DNA of 61,974 nucleotides, from the NCBI GenBank assembly GCA_902510965.1, contig CABXDM010000003.1, forward strand, positions 1 to 61,974. The letters are read 5' to 3'. The DNA is from an uncultured Candidatus Actinomarina sp. (GTDB lineage Bacteria > Actinomycetota > Acidimicrobiia > Actinomarinales > Actinomarinaceae). Numbering within the stretch: the first letter of the stretch is position 1; each line of letters begins with the position of its first letter. A model generated the notes under the pieces. It did no database searches. It was not told where the DNA came from and saw only the letters and a program-made list of their open reading frames with translations. Position numbers and translations under genes: made by a program. Shown here in pieces: positions 49,498 through 58,773 of this stretch.

Positions 49498-50818
49498 TTT
49501 TGAATTCCTTCATAAGTTTCAAATCTAATAATTTGTGTATTAATTTACTTCTCATTCTTATTTCTAATAGTAATAAATCAGAACTATTTGTAACTTCTAA
49601 AATTTCACCAAATCTATTAACTTTTTCTAAATCTTTTGGCTCCACCAAAAACCAATCTTGTTGAACCTCTCCATATATTTCGCTCGAAATTCTTTCTACA
49701 AGTTCTTCAATTCCAGTATTTTTCAGAGATGAGATAAAAAGAGCCTGAGGATACCTCTCAGTTAGGTCATTTAACGAAGCTCTGTCAAGCCTGTCTATTT
49801 TATTGAATACCATTATTTCATTTGCACTAACATTTATTTGTTCAAGAATATTTCTAACAGTACCTATGTGCATCTGAGGTATAGCAGTTGCTGCATCAAC
49901 TACATGTATTAATAGGTCTGCACTAGTTGCTACTAAAAGGGTAGATTTAAAAGACTCTATTAAGGTTGTTGGAAGATTTTGTATAAAACCAACGGTATCT
50001 GACAAAATTAACGGTTCTTGTACATTTTTTATTGGAAGCTCTCTTTGCAGTGAATCCACAGTAGCAAAAAGTTCATCTGCTATGTAAGCCTCTGAATTTG
50101 TTAACGATCTTAATAATGTAGATTTACCGGCGTTGGTGTATCCAACGATTGAGACTAAAGGTGTATTATTTTTTTCTCTAGAACTAGCCTGAAGAACTCT
50201 TTGTTTTTCAATTTTTCTTAATTCTTTACGAAGCTTATTTATACGATTATCAATTAACCTGCTGTCTGTTTCTAGCTTGGCCTCACCTGGCCCCCTAGTG
50301 CCAATACCGCCACCCTGTTGATTTAATGTTTTACCTAATCCTGCAAGTCTAGGTTTTAGGTACACAGACATTGCAAGTTCTACTTGGAGGTTTGCTTCTT
50401 TAGACTGTGCATGTAAAGCAAAAATATCAAGAATTAAACCAGTTCTATCTACTACGTCACATTGAAATATTGCTCGCAACTCTTTTTGCTGATTGGGGCT
50501 AAGTTCGCAATCAAAAACTACCACATCAATATCATTGGCCTTTGAAAGTTCTTCTAGTTCATTAATAGAGCCCTTACCAATGAATGTCTTTGGATCAATT
50601 CGATCTATTCTTTTTGTTTGAATTATTGTTGGATTAGATCCAGCAGTTTTTACAAGACTTGTTAACTCTTTTAAAGACTCTTCACGGTCAGCTCTAGTTT
50701 GATTTTTAAGAATTATTCCAACAAGTAAGGCTTTTTGTACTGTTACAAAAATATCTTTATCAGATACTGTTAATAAGCGTCTATCAGTTTGATTTGGATT
50801 GTTATTTCTTTGATTCAA
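49487..50818 (-). CDS. hflX: Ribosome-splitting GTPase HflX
   Basis: VVDRTGLILDIFA, GGIGTRGPGE, GYTNAGKS, LFATVD, DTVGF, NKID. TTG start approximate. Confidence 0.95.
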   Translation of the reverse strand: MNQRNNNPNQTDRRLLTVSDKDIFVTVQKALLVGIILKNQTRADREESLKELTSLVKTAGSNPTIIQTKRIDRIDPKTFIGKGSINELEELSKANDIDVVVFDCELSPNQQKELRAIFQCDVVDRTGLILDIFALHAQSKEANLQVELAMSVYLKPRLAGLGKTLNQQGGGIGTRGPGEAKLETDSRLIDNRINKLRKELRKIEKQRVLQASSREKNNTPLVSIVGYTNAGKSTLLRSLTNSEAYIADELFATVDSLQRELPIKNVQEPLILSDTVGFIQNLPTTLIESFKSTLLVATSADLLIHVVDAATAIPQMHIGTVRNILEQINVSANEIMVFNKIDRLDRASLNDLTERYPQALFISSLKNTGIEELVERISSEIYGEVQQDWFLVEPKDLEKVNRFGEILEVTNSSDLLLLEIRMRSKLIHKLLDLKLMKEFKNVK

Positions 50819-50871
50819 TTATTTAAGATTATCCACGATTTTGATATATCAAACATATATTTTTTATATGT

Positions 50872-50966
50872 TGGCGGAGGTGGACGGGAATCGAACCCGC
50901 CAAAGACTTTTACACCTTTCACCAGTTTTGAAGACCGGGGAGCCCACCAGGCGCTCATTCACCTCC
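50872..50966 (-). tRNA. selC: tRNA-Sec (anticodon TCA)
   Basis: 95 nt: GGAGGTGA..., 6-bp D stem with TGGT loop, CCGGT-CTTCAAA-ACTGG anticodon arm, long variable arm, 13-bp acceptor+T helix, G discriminator, encoded CCA. Confidence 0.95.
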
Positions 50967-51018
50967 ATTATTAAGACTAATTGTATAAAAAATTATATAT
51001 TGAATAGAATTACTTTAT

Positions 51019-51615
51019 ATGGAAAATTTTTCAACTTTATTCATGAGGCTAAAAAAGGAAAGAGGACTGTCTAATAAGCAGATAGCCTCTTTTACAGGTG
51101 CAAATCTTAAAGAGGTAAAAAAATGGGATGCAGGAGTTAGTTTTCCAACTGATAAGAAAATTATAGTCGCCCTTGAGGGACTTCTTGGCAGAGAAGTTAT
51201 GGATACACTTGAACATCTCACTATTAACAATCAGAGAACTATAAACCCAGAAAATATTGAAGATTCACTTTTTACAATTGATAGAGATAAAAATGTCGAG
51301 CTAAAATCAGGCATTTTTAATAAGTTTAAATCAGAGAAACAAAAAATTAAGGATGTTCCACAACCCGAGCTATTTACCTATGAAAATATTAGTGATACAC
51401 AAGACCTAGAAGACTTCGATATGCAAAACCAAATAAGTAACTTTGAAACTGCTTTAGATGAAAAACCATATATTGCTGATTCAAAACAATTGGGGTTTTA
51501 TCTTTCGAGAAATATTAAAACATCACTAAGCCTTCTTTTTATCTTGATATTAATCACAAGAGGATTTCAATTATTTTTAGACTCTATAAAAATTATTATT
51601 GAAAATTTATTGTGA
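51019..51615 (+). CDS. XRE-like helix-turn-helix protein with C-terminal membrane segment
   Basis: LKKERGLSNKQIASFTGANLKEVKKWDAGVSFP, acidic linker, hydrophobic tail; GTGA-coupled to ctaA. Confidence 0.65.
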   Translation: MENFSTLFMRLKKERGLSNKQIASFTGANLKEVKKWDAGVSFPTDKKIIVALEGLLGREVMDTLEHLTINNQRTINPENIEDSLFTIDRDKNVELKSGIFNKFKSEKQKIKDVPQPELFTYENISDTQDLEDFDMQNQISNFETALDEKPYIADSKQLGFYLSRNIKTSLSLLFILILITRGFQLFLDSIKIIIENLL

Positions 51616-52499
51616 CACTTTTTAATTTATCTAAGACAGGTTTGATCCTCTCAATTTTATCTATTATTGCTGGTGCTGTAGTTAGGGCAACCGGTTCAGG
51701 AAATGGATGTGGCTCTTCTTGGCCAAGCTGTAATGGACAAGTTATACCATCTCTAAATTCTGCTTCCGAACAGATTGAATTTTCGCATAGATCTATCAGC
51801 GGGTTACTACTTATCGTAACATTAGTTATTTTTATAAAATCTTTTCATCCCTCAGTTCCAAATATTCAAAAAAAAGTTATTAAATACCTGACTTTTTTTG
51901 TACTTTTCGAGGCATTGATAGGAGCGGTAATAGTTTTATATGAATGGGTTGGAATGAATAGTTCTCTTCCTAGAGTAGCAGCCGTCCCACTTCATTTAGT
52001 TAACACTTTTGGGCTGCTTGCTATGTACACTGTAATATTTAAATTAACCAGAAATCCAGAAATTGATATAAATAACCTCATAGACCGAAATTTTAAAATA
52101 ATTACACTCCTGTTTATCCTGACCGGAGCAACAGGATCAATTGCGGCACTTGCTGATGTTTTGTTTCCAAGTGAGTCTTTTATAGCTGGTTTAGTTGAAG
52201 ACTTTGATAGCACCTCAGAATTACTTACAAGGCTAAGAATCTTGCACCCAATTGCTTCTACAATTCTTTCTGTTGAACTATTTAGGGAGTCAAGAAGACT
52301 AAAAAAAAGCTTTGAATTAATAACATTTCAAATAGATACACTCGTTATTGTCGGAGTAACACTTGGTGTCCTAAATGTTCTTATAAATATAAATATTTTC
52401 CTTAGTGTTGTGCATTTATTGGTTGCAGATTTACTTTGGATTACATATATATACATAAGTATGGAGAAAAACTCTAAAAAAATTCTCAAAAACAAATAA
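51612..52499 (+). CDS. ctaA: Heme A synthase (COX15/CtaA)
   Basis: TGSGNGCGSSWPSCNG, IEFSHR, EALIGA, HLVNT, HP, HLLVA. Confidence 0.85.
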   Translation: MTLFNLSKTGLILSILSIIAGAVVRATGSGNGCGSSWPSCNGQVIPSLNSASEQIEFSHRSISGLLLIVTLVIFIKSFHPSVPNIQKKVIKYLTFFVLFEALIGAVIVLYEWVGMNSSLPRVAAVPLHLVNTFGLLAMYTVIFKLTRNPEIDINNLIDRNFKIITLLFILTGATGSIAALADVLFPSESFIAGLVEDFDSTSELLTRLRILHPIASTILSVELFRESRRLKKSFELITFQIDTLVIVGVTLGVLNVLININIFLSVVHLLVADLLWITYIYISMEKNSKKILKNK

Positions 52500-52585
52500 T
52501 TCATGTATTGATTAGGTTTATATCAATAATATGTTTATGCTTACATTTCTGTAACTAGAAATGAAAATTAAAGGTCAAATTACTA

Positions 52586-53641
52586 ATGGTAACTAAAACA
52601 ATACCGGCAAAGCCAAAAACTTCAAAAATAGAAGAGCAGATTGCTTCAGATGAAGACAGCTTAACGCCCGAACAAGAAGCAGCAGCTAAAGAAAAAGCAA
52701 AATCTCTTGTTAAGAAGCTAGCCGATGATAAAGGTAAGCTAACCACTGATCTAGTGAGTCAATATTTAACTGCAATAGGAAACTTCGATTTATTAACCGC
52801 TGAACAAGAAGTGGAGTTAGCCCAAAAAATTGAATCTGGTGAGAAAGCTTCTATAAAGCTAGAAAAAAAACAGTTCAAAGATAAAAAAGGTGAAATTAGG
52901 CTTAAAAGAGACAGAAAAAAAGGTGCTGAAGCTAAAGATGCTTTTTTAACAGCTAACCTCCGTCTTGTAGTTGCTAACGCCAGAAGATATGCAAACACCT
53001 CAGGTATTGACTTCCTTGATTTAATTCAAGAAGGAAATCTTGGCCTCATAAGAGCTGTCGAGAAATTCGACTGGAGAAAAGGGTTTAAATTTTCTACATA
53101 TGCTACGTGGTGGATTAGACAAGCTATAACAAGAGCTATTGCAGACAAATCCAGAACCGTCAGAATTCCAGTTCACCTTCATGATACGATGGCAGCTGTC
53201 AGGGCCGCTCAAGCACAACTAAAAGCTGAACTGGGTAGAGATCCGAAACCGCAAGAAATTGCTAAAGAAGCTGGAGTCGGTGTCGATAAGGTGGAATTAG
53301 CACTGAGTGTAGCTGACACAGTATCACTTGAGCAACCAGTTGGAGAAGATGGAGCACAGTTGGGAGATTTTATTCAAGATGAAGACGCTAGCGACCCATC
53401 ATTGATTGTCCAAGATTTAGACGTTGCTGAAAGTTTGAGGGACAGTATCAGTAGACTTCCTGAGAGAGAAGGAAGAATTTTAGCCTTAAGATATGGATTT
53501 TATGACGGCGTACCAAGAACTCTCGAAGAAATTGGAGAAGAATTCGACTTAACTAGAGAAAGAATTAGGCAGTTAGAAAAATTAGCACTTTGTAGACTTA
53601 GACATCCATCATTTGGAATCAGAGAACAAGACTTAGTTTAA
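52586..53641 (+). CDS. RNA polymerase sigma-70 factor, RpoD/SigA-SigB group
   Basis: Region 1.2 [64 protein letters not shown]. Confidence 0.92.
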   Translation: MVTKTIPAKPKTSKIEEQIASDEDSLTPEQEAAAKEKAKSLVKKLADDKGKLTTDLVSQYLTAIGNFDLLTAEQEVELAQKIESGEKASIKLEKKQFKDKKGEIRLKRDRKKGAEAKDAFLTANLRLVVANARRYANTSGIDFLDLIQEGNLGLIRAVEKFDWRKGFKFSTYATWWIRQAITRAIADKSRTVRIPVHLHDTMAAVRAAQAQLKAELGRDPKPQEIAKEAGVGVDKVELALSVADTVSLEQPVGEDGAQLGDFIQDEDASDPSLIVQDLDVAESLRDSISRLPEREGRILALRYGFYDGVPRTLEEIGEEFDLTRERIRQLEKLALCRLRHPSFGIREQDLV

Positions 53642-53690
53642 ATTAAACAAACAGTTTCTAACTTTCTTAAACAATTGTTAATCTATATAC

Positions 53691-55127
53691 ATGTTTGATT
53701 TACTTAAGATTGCTATTGATTCAGCAACAAGTTCAGGTGCAAAATATTCAGATGCAAGAATACTCATTTCCAAATCTAGAAGTATTGCAGCTAAAAATGG
53801 TGAGGTCGAAAATTTTAATGAGTCTGAAAAAATTGGCCTAGGAATAAGAGCATTAGTAGGATCTTCATGGGGGTTTTATTCAACCTACGACTTATCGACA
53901 GAATCCTTAATTTTATCTGGAAAAAAGGCATTTGATATTGCCAAAGCATCCGCAGTAGTCTCAGGAAACGAAACTCCCTTTGCAGATGTTCCTGTCGTAA
54001 AAGATGAATATACAACTCCTCACGATGAAAACCCATTTAAAGTATCAACAACAGAGCAGATAGATTTATTAGTTAATTCAACAGAACAAATGAAAAAGTT
54101 GGGTAGTTCAAGATCGTCAGGTCGTCTTGATTTTTGGGATACAGAAAAATGGTTTTGCTCGAGTCAAGGTCATGAAATTTTTCAGAATATAATTGAGTCT
54201 GGCGGAGGCATATCTTCATTATCAGTGGGAGATGGGGAAACTCAAATAAGATCTTACCCCCAGTCTTTTGGTGAATACAGGACTGGTGGATGGGAAGTTA
54301 TAAAATCATTTGAATTCGAAAATCACACTCAGAGATTGGCTGAAGAGTCACAACGTCTCTTGGTTGCCCCTCAATGTCCTGAAGGTTCAATGGATCTTAT
54401 TTTAGAAGGTAGTCAATTAGCCTTACAAATCCATGAGTCAGTTGGACATGCAATTGAGTTAGATAGAATTCTTGGTTGGGAGGCAGCATACGCAGGAACA
54501 TCTCACTTAGAGTTGGGAAATCTGAACAAGCATAAGTATGGTTCTGAGCTAATGAATATAGTTGCTGATGCAACTCTTCCTGGAGCCTTAGCAACATTTA
54601 AGTATGATGACGAAGGAACACCAGCACAACGGGTTGATATTGTTAAAGAAGGAATTTGGACAGGTGTTTTATCGGGAAGAGACAGTGCAGCAATCGCAGG
54701 AGTAAAGCCAGGTGGTATGGTCAGAGCTGATGGGTTTTCAAGACTACCAATGGTGAGAATGACAAATGTAGGGTTACTACCAGGTGAATCTAGTTTAGAA
54801 GAAATTATTGAATCTACAGAAAATGGAATTTATATGGAGACTAATAGATCTTGGTCTATTGATGATTTGAGATTAAATTTTCAGTTTGGGTGTGAGGCTG
54901 GTTGGGTAGTTAAAAATGGAAAAATTATCGATATGGTCAAAAATCCAACTTATACAGGTATAACCCCTGAATTCTGGGGAAATATGGACATGCTTGCAAA
55001 TGAAGATGAATGGGTATTTTGGGGTACTCCAAATTGTGGAAAAGGTCAACCAAGTCAAATTGGCCATACTGGACACCCTGCGTCACCAGCTAGATTTAAG
55101 AACACAAGAATTGGGGTTAGAGGATGA
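53691..55127 (+). CDS. tldD: TldD family metalloprotease
   Basis: HESVGHAIELDR, DATLPG...YDDEG, VRMTNV, CGKGQP..GH. Confidence 0.92.
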   Translation: MFDLLKIAIDSATSSGAKYSDARILISKSRSIAAKNGEVENFNESEKIGLGIRALVGSSWGFYSTYDLSTESLILSGKKAFDIAKASAVVSGNETPFADVPVVKDEYTTPHDENPFKVSTTEQIDLLVNSTEQMKKLGSSRSSGRLDFWDTEKWFCSSQGHEIFQNIIESGGGISSLSVGDGETQIRSYPQSFGEYRTGGWEVIKSFEFENHTQRLAEESQRLLVAPQCPEGSMDLILEGSQLALQIHESVGHAIELDRILGWEAAYAGTSHLELGNLNKHKYGSELMNIVADATLPGALATFKYDDEGTPAQRVDIVKEGIWTGVLSGRDSAAIAGVKPGGMVRADGFSRLPMVRMTNVGLLPGESSLEEIIESTENGIYMETNRSWSIDDLRLNFQFGCEAGWVVKNGKIIDMVKNPTYTGITPEFWGNMDMLANEDEWVFWGTPNCGKGQPSQIGHTGHPASPARFKNTRIGVRG

Positions 55128-56449
55128 TTATTTGGAGGGAGTTTCTTGATGACTTACAAAAAAACATTCCAAGTAATGTTGAGTGTGAATTAAAAATGAT
55201 GCACTCTAAAAGTGCACTTACTAGGTTCGCGAATTCACAAATACATCAAAATGTCGATGAAGAGTCTGCAGATATTTATTTAACAATCCATAAAGATGGT
55301 AAAACTATATCTAGGACAAAAAATATTACAGCAGTTAAGAATTCAAAAGAATTTATGAAAGAAGCCTTGGAGTCATTAGAAGAAAGTCCAAAGGATACAA
55401 CTTGGGCTGGGCTAACGAGCAAGACAGACACTTACGAAGGCTTTCAAGAAACTCAAGAAGTCAACCCTGACGAAAGGGCAAATTTAGTAAAAGATTTCGT
55501 TAAAGAAGGTAGAGACATGAATGCTGCTGGATATTGCTCAACATATTTAAATAATTTTTTTGTTTGGAATACAAATGGACTCAATTCATCTGATACTTCA
55601 TCAAGCGCATTCATAGATGGAATATTTAGAACTGATACCTCTGCCGGATCATCCCACAGAGGAGCTGTAGATATAAAAGATTTAGATGCATCACAAACAG
55701 GAAAGGAAGCAGCTAAGTTAGCAGTTGATAGTCAAAATCCAGTAGATATCGATCCTGGAAAGTATGAGGTCATTCTTGGACATGAGGCAGTAAGTACAAT
55801 CTTGGTATTTTTATCTGTATATGGGCTAAACGCAAAAAGTAAAATTGATGGAATGAGTCCAATTTTATTAAATGAAAATCAATTTGATGAGAAAATTAAT
55901 TTAATAGACACACCTGAAGATGATAAATCTATTGGATTCAAAATTGATGCATCTGGCGCTAAAAAATACAATCTTGACGTTATTAAAAATGGTGTCCCAA
56001 AAACTTATTTTCACACCAGAAGAACATCAAAAGAACTGAATATGGAAAATACCCAACACGAAGCTTTTGGAGTAGATGAGTATTTTGGGGGGATAGGTAC
56101 AAACTTAAATTTAAGTCAGGGTGACACCAGTCAGGAAGATATGATATCAAGTATTAAAAATGGAATTTACATTAATGAATTTTGGTACTGCAGAGTATTA
56201 GATCCAATTACACAGGTAGTTACGGGTTTAAATAGAAATGGCTCATTTCTTATTGAGGATGGGAAAATTACAAAACCAATTGGACGACTTAGGTTTACTC
56301 AAAGTTTTATTACATCTTTAGGACAAGGGAATGTAATTTCTGTAGGAGATACAGCTAGGTACGCAGACTCAGAGTTTGGTGAAGGGATGTTAAAAGTTCC
56401 AAAACTACATCTGAGAGAATTTAATTTTACAGGAGGTGTTTCTGGTTAA
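55124..56449 (+). CDS. TldE/PmbA family partner
   Basis: LTRFANSQIHQN, PGKYEVIL, FWYCRVLDP, TGLNRNGSFLIEDG; coupled to tldD. Confidence 0.88.
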   Translation: MIIWREFLDDLQKNIPSNVECELKMMHSKSALTRFANSQIHQNVDEESADIYLTIHKDGKTISRTKNITAVKNSKEFMKEALESLEESPKDTTWAGLTSKTDTYEGFQETQEVNPDERANLVKDFVKEGRDMNAAGYCSTYLNNFFVWNTNGLNSSDTSSSAFIDGIFRTDTSAGSSHRGAVDIKDLDASQTGKEAAKLAVDSQNPVDIDPGKYEVILGHEAVSTILVFLSVYGLNAKSKIDGMSPILLNENQFDEKINLIDTPEDDKSIGFKIDASGAKKYNLDVIKNGVPKTYFHTRRTSKELNMENTQHEAFGVDEYFGGIGTNLNLSQGDTSQEDMISSIKNGIYINEFWYCRVLDPITQVVTGLNRNGSFLIEDGKITKPIGRLRFTQSFITSLGQGNVISVGDTARYADSEFGEGMLKVPKLHLREFNFTGGVSG

Positions 56450-57215
56450 TCTTGAATATTTTCATGGGAACAAACCATTAATAATTCCACATAGAGGTGG
56501 ATCCCACCTTGTTCCAGAAAATACAAAACATGGACTTGAATTCACAACAAAAGAAGGCTTTACACATTTTGAAACAGACTTAAGAATGTCTAAAGACGGA
56601 GAAATATTCTTACATCACGATGACTCTTTTGATAGAACAACGGAAATTAGTGGCAAAGTGAGAGATTTCAATTGGCATGATATCTCAAAAATAAATGCTG
56701 GATATAAATTTTACAAAAGAAAAGGTCTTCACGACATGAAAACAAACTTTATACGTTTAGTCGATGCTCTTGAGTTTAATAAAGATATGAAATTTAATTT
56801 AGATTTGAAACAATCTGGCATGGCAAAACAGATTGCTGAAATTATATTTTCACTTAAAGCTGAAAAAAGAGTATTAGTTTCCTCTTTTAGTCCAAGAAGA
56901 CTTGATGAATTTTTAAAAGTAACTAAGGGAAAAATTTTATCTTCTGGAACTTTTAGAGAAAATGCTATCGCTAAGTTTCTACCAAACAAAGTAAGAAATC
57001 TTAAAGTTCAAGCTTTACAGGCTCCATATAACTGGAAGGGATTTCAAATACATTCAAAAAAATTGTCGGACTATTGCTTACTGAACAATCTTCAGCTTCA
57101 TCTCTGGACTATAAATACAGTTGAAAAATTTCAACATTGCCTGGATATTGGTTGTGATGGGGTTATAACAGATGAGCCAATATTGCTGAGAGATTATTTG
57201 AGCTCAAATAGCTAG
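56436..57215 (+). CDS. Glycerophosphodiester phosphodiesterase
   Basis: HRGG, PENT, ETDLRMSKDG.IFLHHD, WTIN, DGVITD. Confidence 0.9.
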   Translation: MFLVNLEYFHGNKPLIIPHRGGSHLVPENTKHGLEFTTKEGFTHFETDLRMSKDGEIFLHHDDSFDRTTEISGKVRDFNWHDISKINAGYKFYKRKGLHDMKTNFIRLVDALEFNKDMKFNLDLKQSGMAKQIAEIIFSLKAEKRVLVSSFSPRRLDEFLKVTKGKILSSGTFRENAIAKFLPNKVRNLKVQALQAPYNWKGFQIHSKKLSDYCLLNNLQLHLWTINTVEKFQHCLDIGCDGVITDEPILLRDYLSSNS

Positions 57216-58705
57216 ATAGTATTATTTTTAATAAACTTCTTTGCTTCTGAAAATATATATTTTTTTCTTTCTGGGTCAAGTCTATCTAGAGAACGAGTCA
57301 GAAGTGACAATCTTGGATTTGATTGGTAAAACTCACGGTTACTTTCAGTAAAACTCCAATACAATCCATCTAAAGTGTCACACCAATCACCTCTTTTATA
57401 GTTGCTCATTTTAAGAATATAATTGGATCCACAAGTGTAGGGTTTTGTTGACATTAACCCTCCATCAGCGTAAGTTGCCATTCCAAATACATTAGGGACC
57501 ATTACCCATTCTGAGGAATCAATATACATTTCCATAAACCATTTATAAATTTCTTTTGGATCTACTCCACTGAGGTTCATAATATTACTGATCACCATAA
57601 GTCTTGGGATGTGGTGAATATAGCCATCTTTGATTGTTGTTTTGATACAGTCATCGAGCGGAGCAATTCCTGTTGTTCCGTCATACCAAGATGGGGCTAG
57701 CTTTTTTTTATTATTCCAATAATTGCTTTTTATTTGATTTTGACCCTCTTCTTGATAAATACCTCTAACAAATTCTCTCCAGCCAATAATCTGACGAATA
57801 AATCCTTCAAGGGAATTTATTGGTATCGAATGTTTTTCGGCATAGCTCACAGATTTATCAATAACTTCTTTTGGTGTCAAAAGTCCAATATTTAGAAATG
57901 GACTTATACAGCTGTGGAATAAAAAATTTTCTCCTTCGAGCATTGCATCTTCATATCTACCAAAATTTTCAAATCTAACTTTTAGGAACTGATTAAGTTG
58001 TTTCAGAGCACCCTTTCTGTTGACGGGAAACCATATTTTTTCTAAAGTCCCCGGATGGTCAGGAAATTCATTAAAAATTAGGTTTGTTACGTCGCTATGG
58101 TGCGGTGACACCTCGGGCTGAAGAAGAGTGGGAATTAATGTATTTTTAGGAATTTTCTTTCTGTTGTCTTCATCATACGACCATTTTCCACCAGTAGGTT
58201 TATTATCTTCATCCATTAATAGACCAAGTTGCTTTCTGCCTTTTTGATAAAAAGAAGCCATCCGATATACCTTCTTTCCTTTAGCCATGGGTACAAAATC
58301 ATCCCTAGCAAACAGGAACATAGGAGTTTTATGTGTTTCGATTTCAATATTTGCTTTTGATAGAGTGTCAATGAAGACTTTCTCAAAAGACTTATCCTCT
58401 ATTTCAAAAATATGTATTTTGTTTATGTTTTTGGAATTTAAAAATTTAATTAAAAATGTAGTGTACTCATCTGAATCATTTCGACTTTCTAGCTTAAAGT
58501 AATTAGTTTTAATTGAATTATTTATAAGTTCATCATTATATTCCCGCATTGCGGCCAGAAATAAATATAGTTTTGATTTATGATATTTGAAGTTTGTACA
58601 TAAACCAATATCTTCAGCCATGAACACTTCTTTGCAACCAATTTTAGTTAAATAATTTGGTTCAAAAAGCTGATTTCCAAGTATTACAAAAAAATTGCTC
58701 TCCAT
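57212..58705 (-). CDS. Cryptochrome/(6-4) photolyase, PhrB/COG3046 family, lacking Fe-S cysteines
   Basis: ILGNQLF, HKSKL..F.AAMR, GGKWSYDEDNRK, FGRYEDAM, EGFIRQIIGWRE, HHIPRLM, WV..PNVFGM, KPY..GSNYILKMSNY. Confidence 0.9.
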   Translation of the reverse strand: MESNFFVILGNQLFEPNYLTKIGCKEVFMAEDIGLCTNFKYHKSKLYLFLAAMREYNDELINNSIKTNYFKLESRNDSDEYTTFLIKFLNSKNINKIHIFEIEDKSFEKVFIDTLSKANIEIETHKTPMFLFARDDFVPMAKGKKVYRMASFYQKGRKQLGLLMDEDNKPTGGKWSYDEDNRKKIPKNTLIPTLLQPEVSPHHSDVTNLIFNEFPDHPGTLEKIWFPVNRKGALKQLNQFLKVRFENFGRYEDAMLEGENFLFHSCISPFLNIGLLTPKEVIDKSVSYAEKHSIPINSLEGFIRQIIGWREFVRGIYQEEGQNQIKSNYWNNKKKLAPSWYDGTTGIAPLDDCIKTTIKDGYIHHIPRLMVISNIMNLSGVDPKEIYKWFMEMYIDSSEWVMVPNVFGMATYADGGLMSTKPYTCGSNYILKMSNYKRGDWCDTLDGLYWSFTESNREFYQSNPRLSLLTRSLDRLDPERKKYIFSEAKKFIKNNTI

Positions 58706-58773
58706 GTATATAAGTTAGTTAACATTGAAAGTAATAAGAAAGTAATTTTTAATCTAAACCTGGAGGAAAAATA

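Noticed and set aside
50841-51230. ORFs 50789..50974, 50841..51074 (+) and 51015..51230 (-)
   Set aside because: They are antisense to or overlap selC, hflX or the HTH gene and have no protein motifs.
52586-53641. Naming the sigma factor sigA/rpoD
   Set aside because: Cannot separate the principal sigma from a group-2 paralogue without the rest of the genome.
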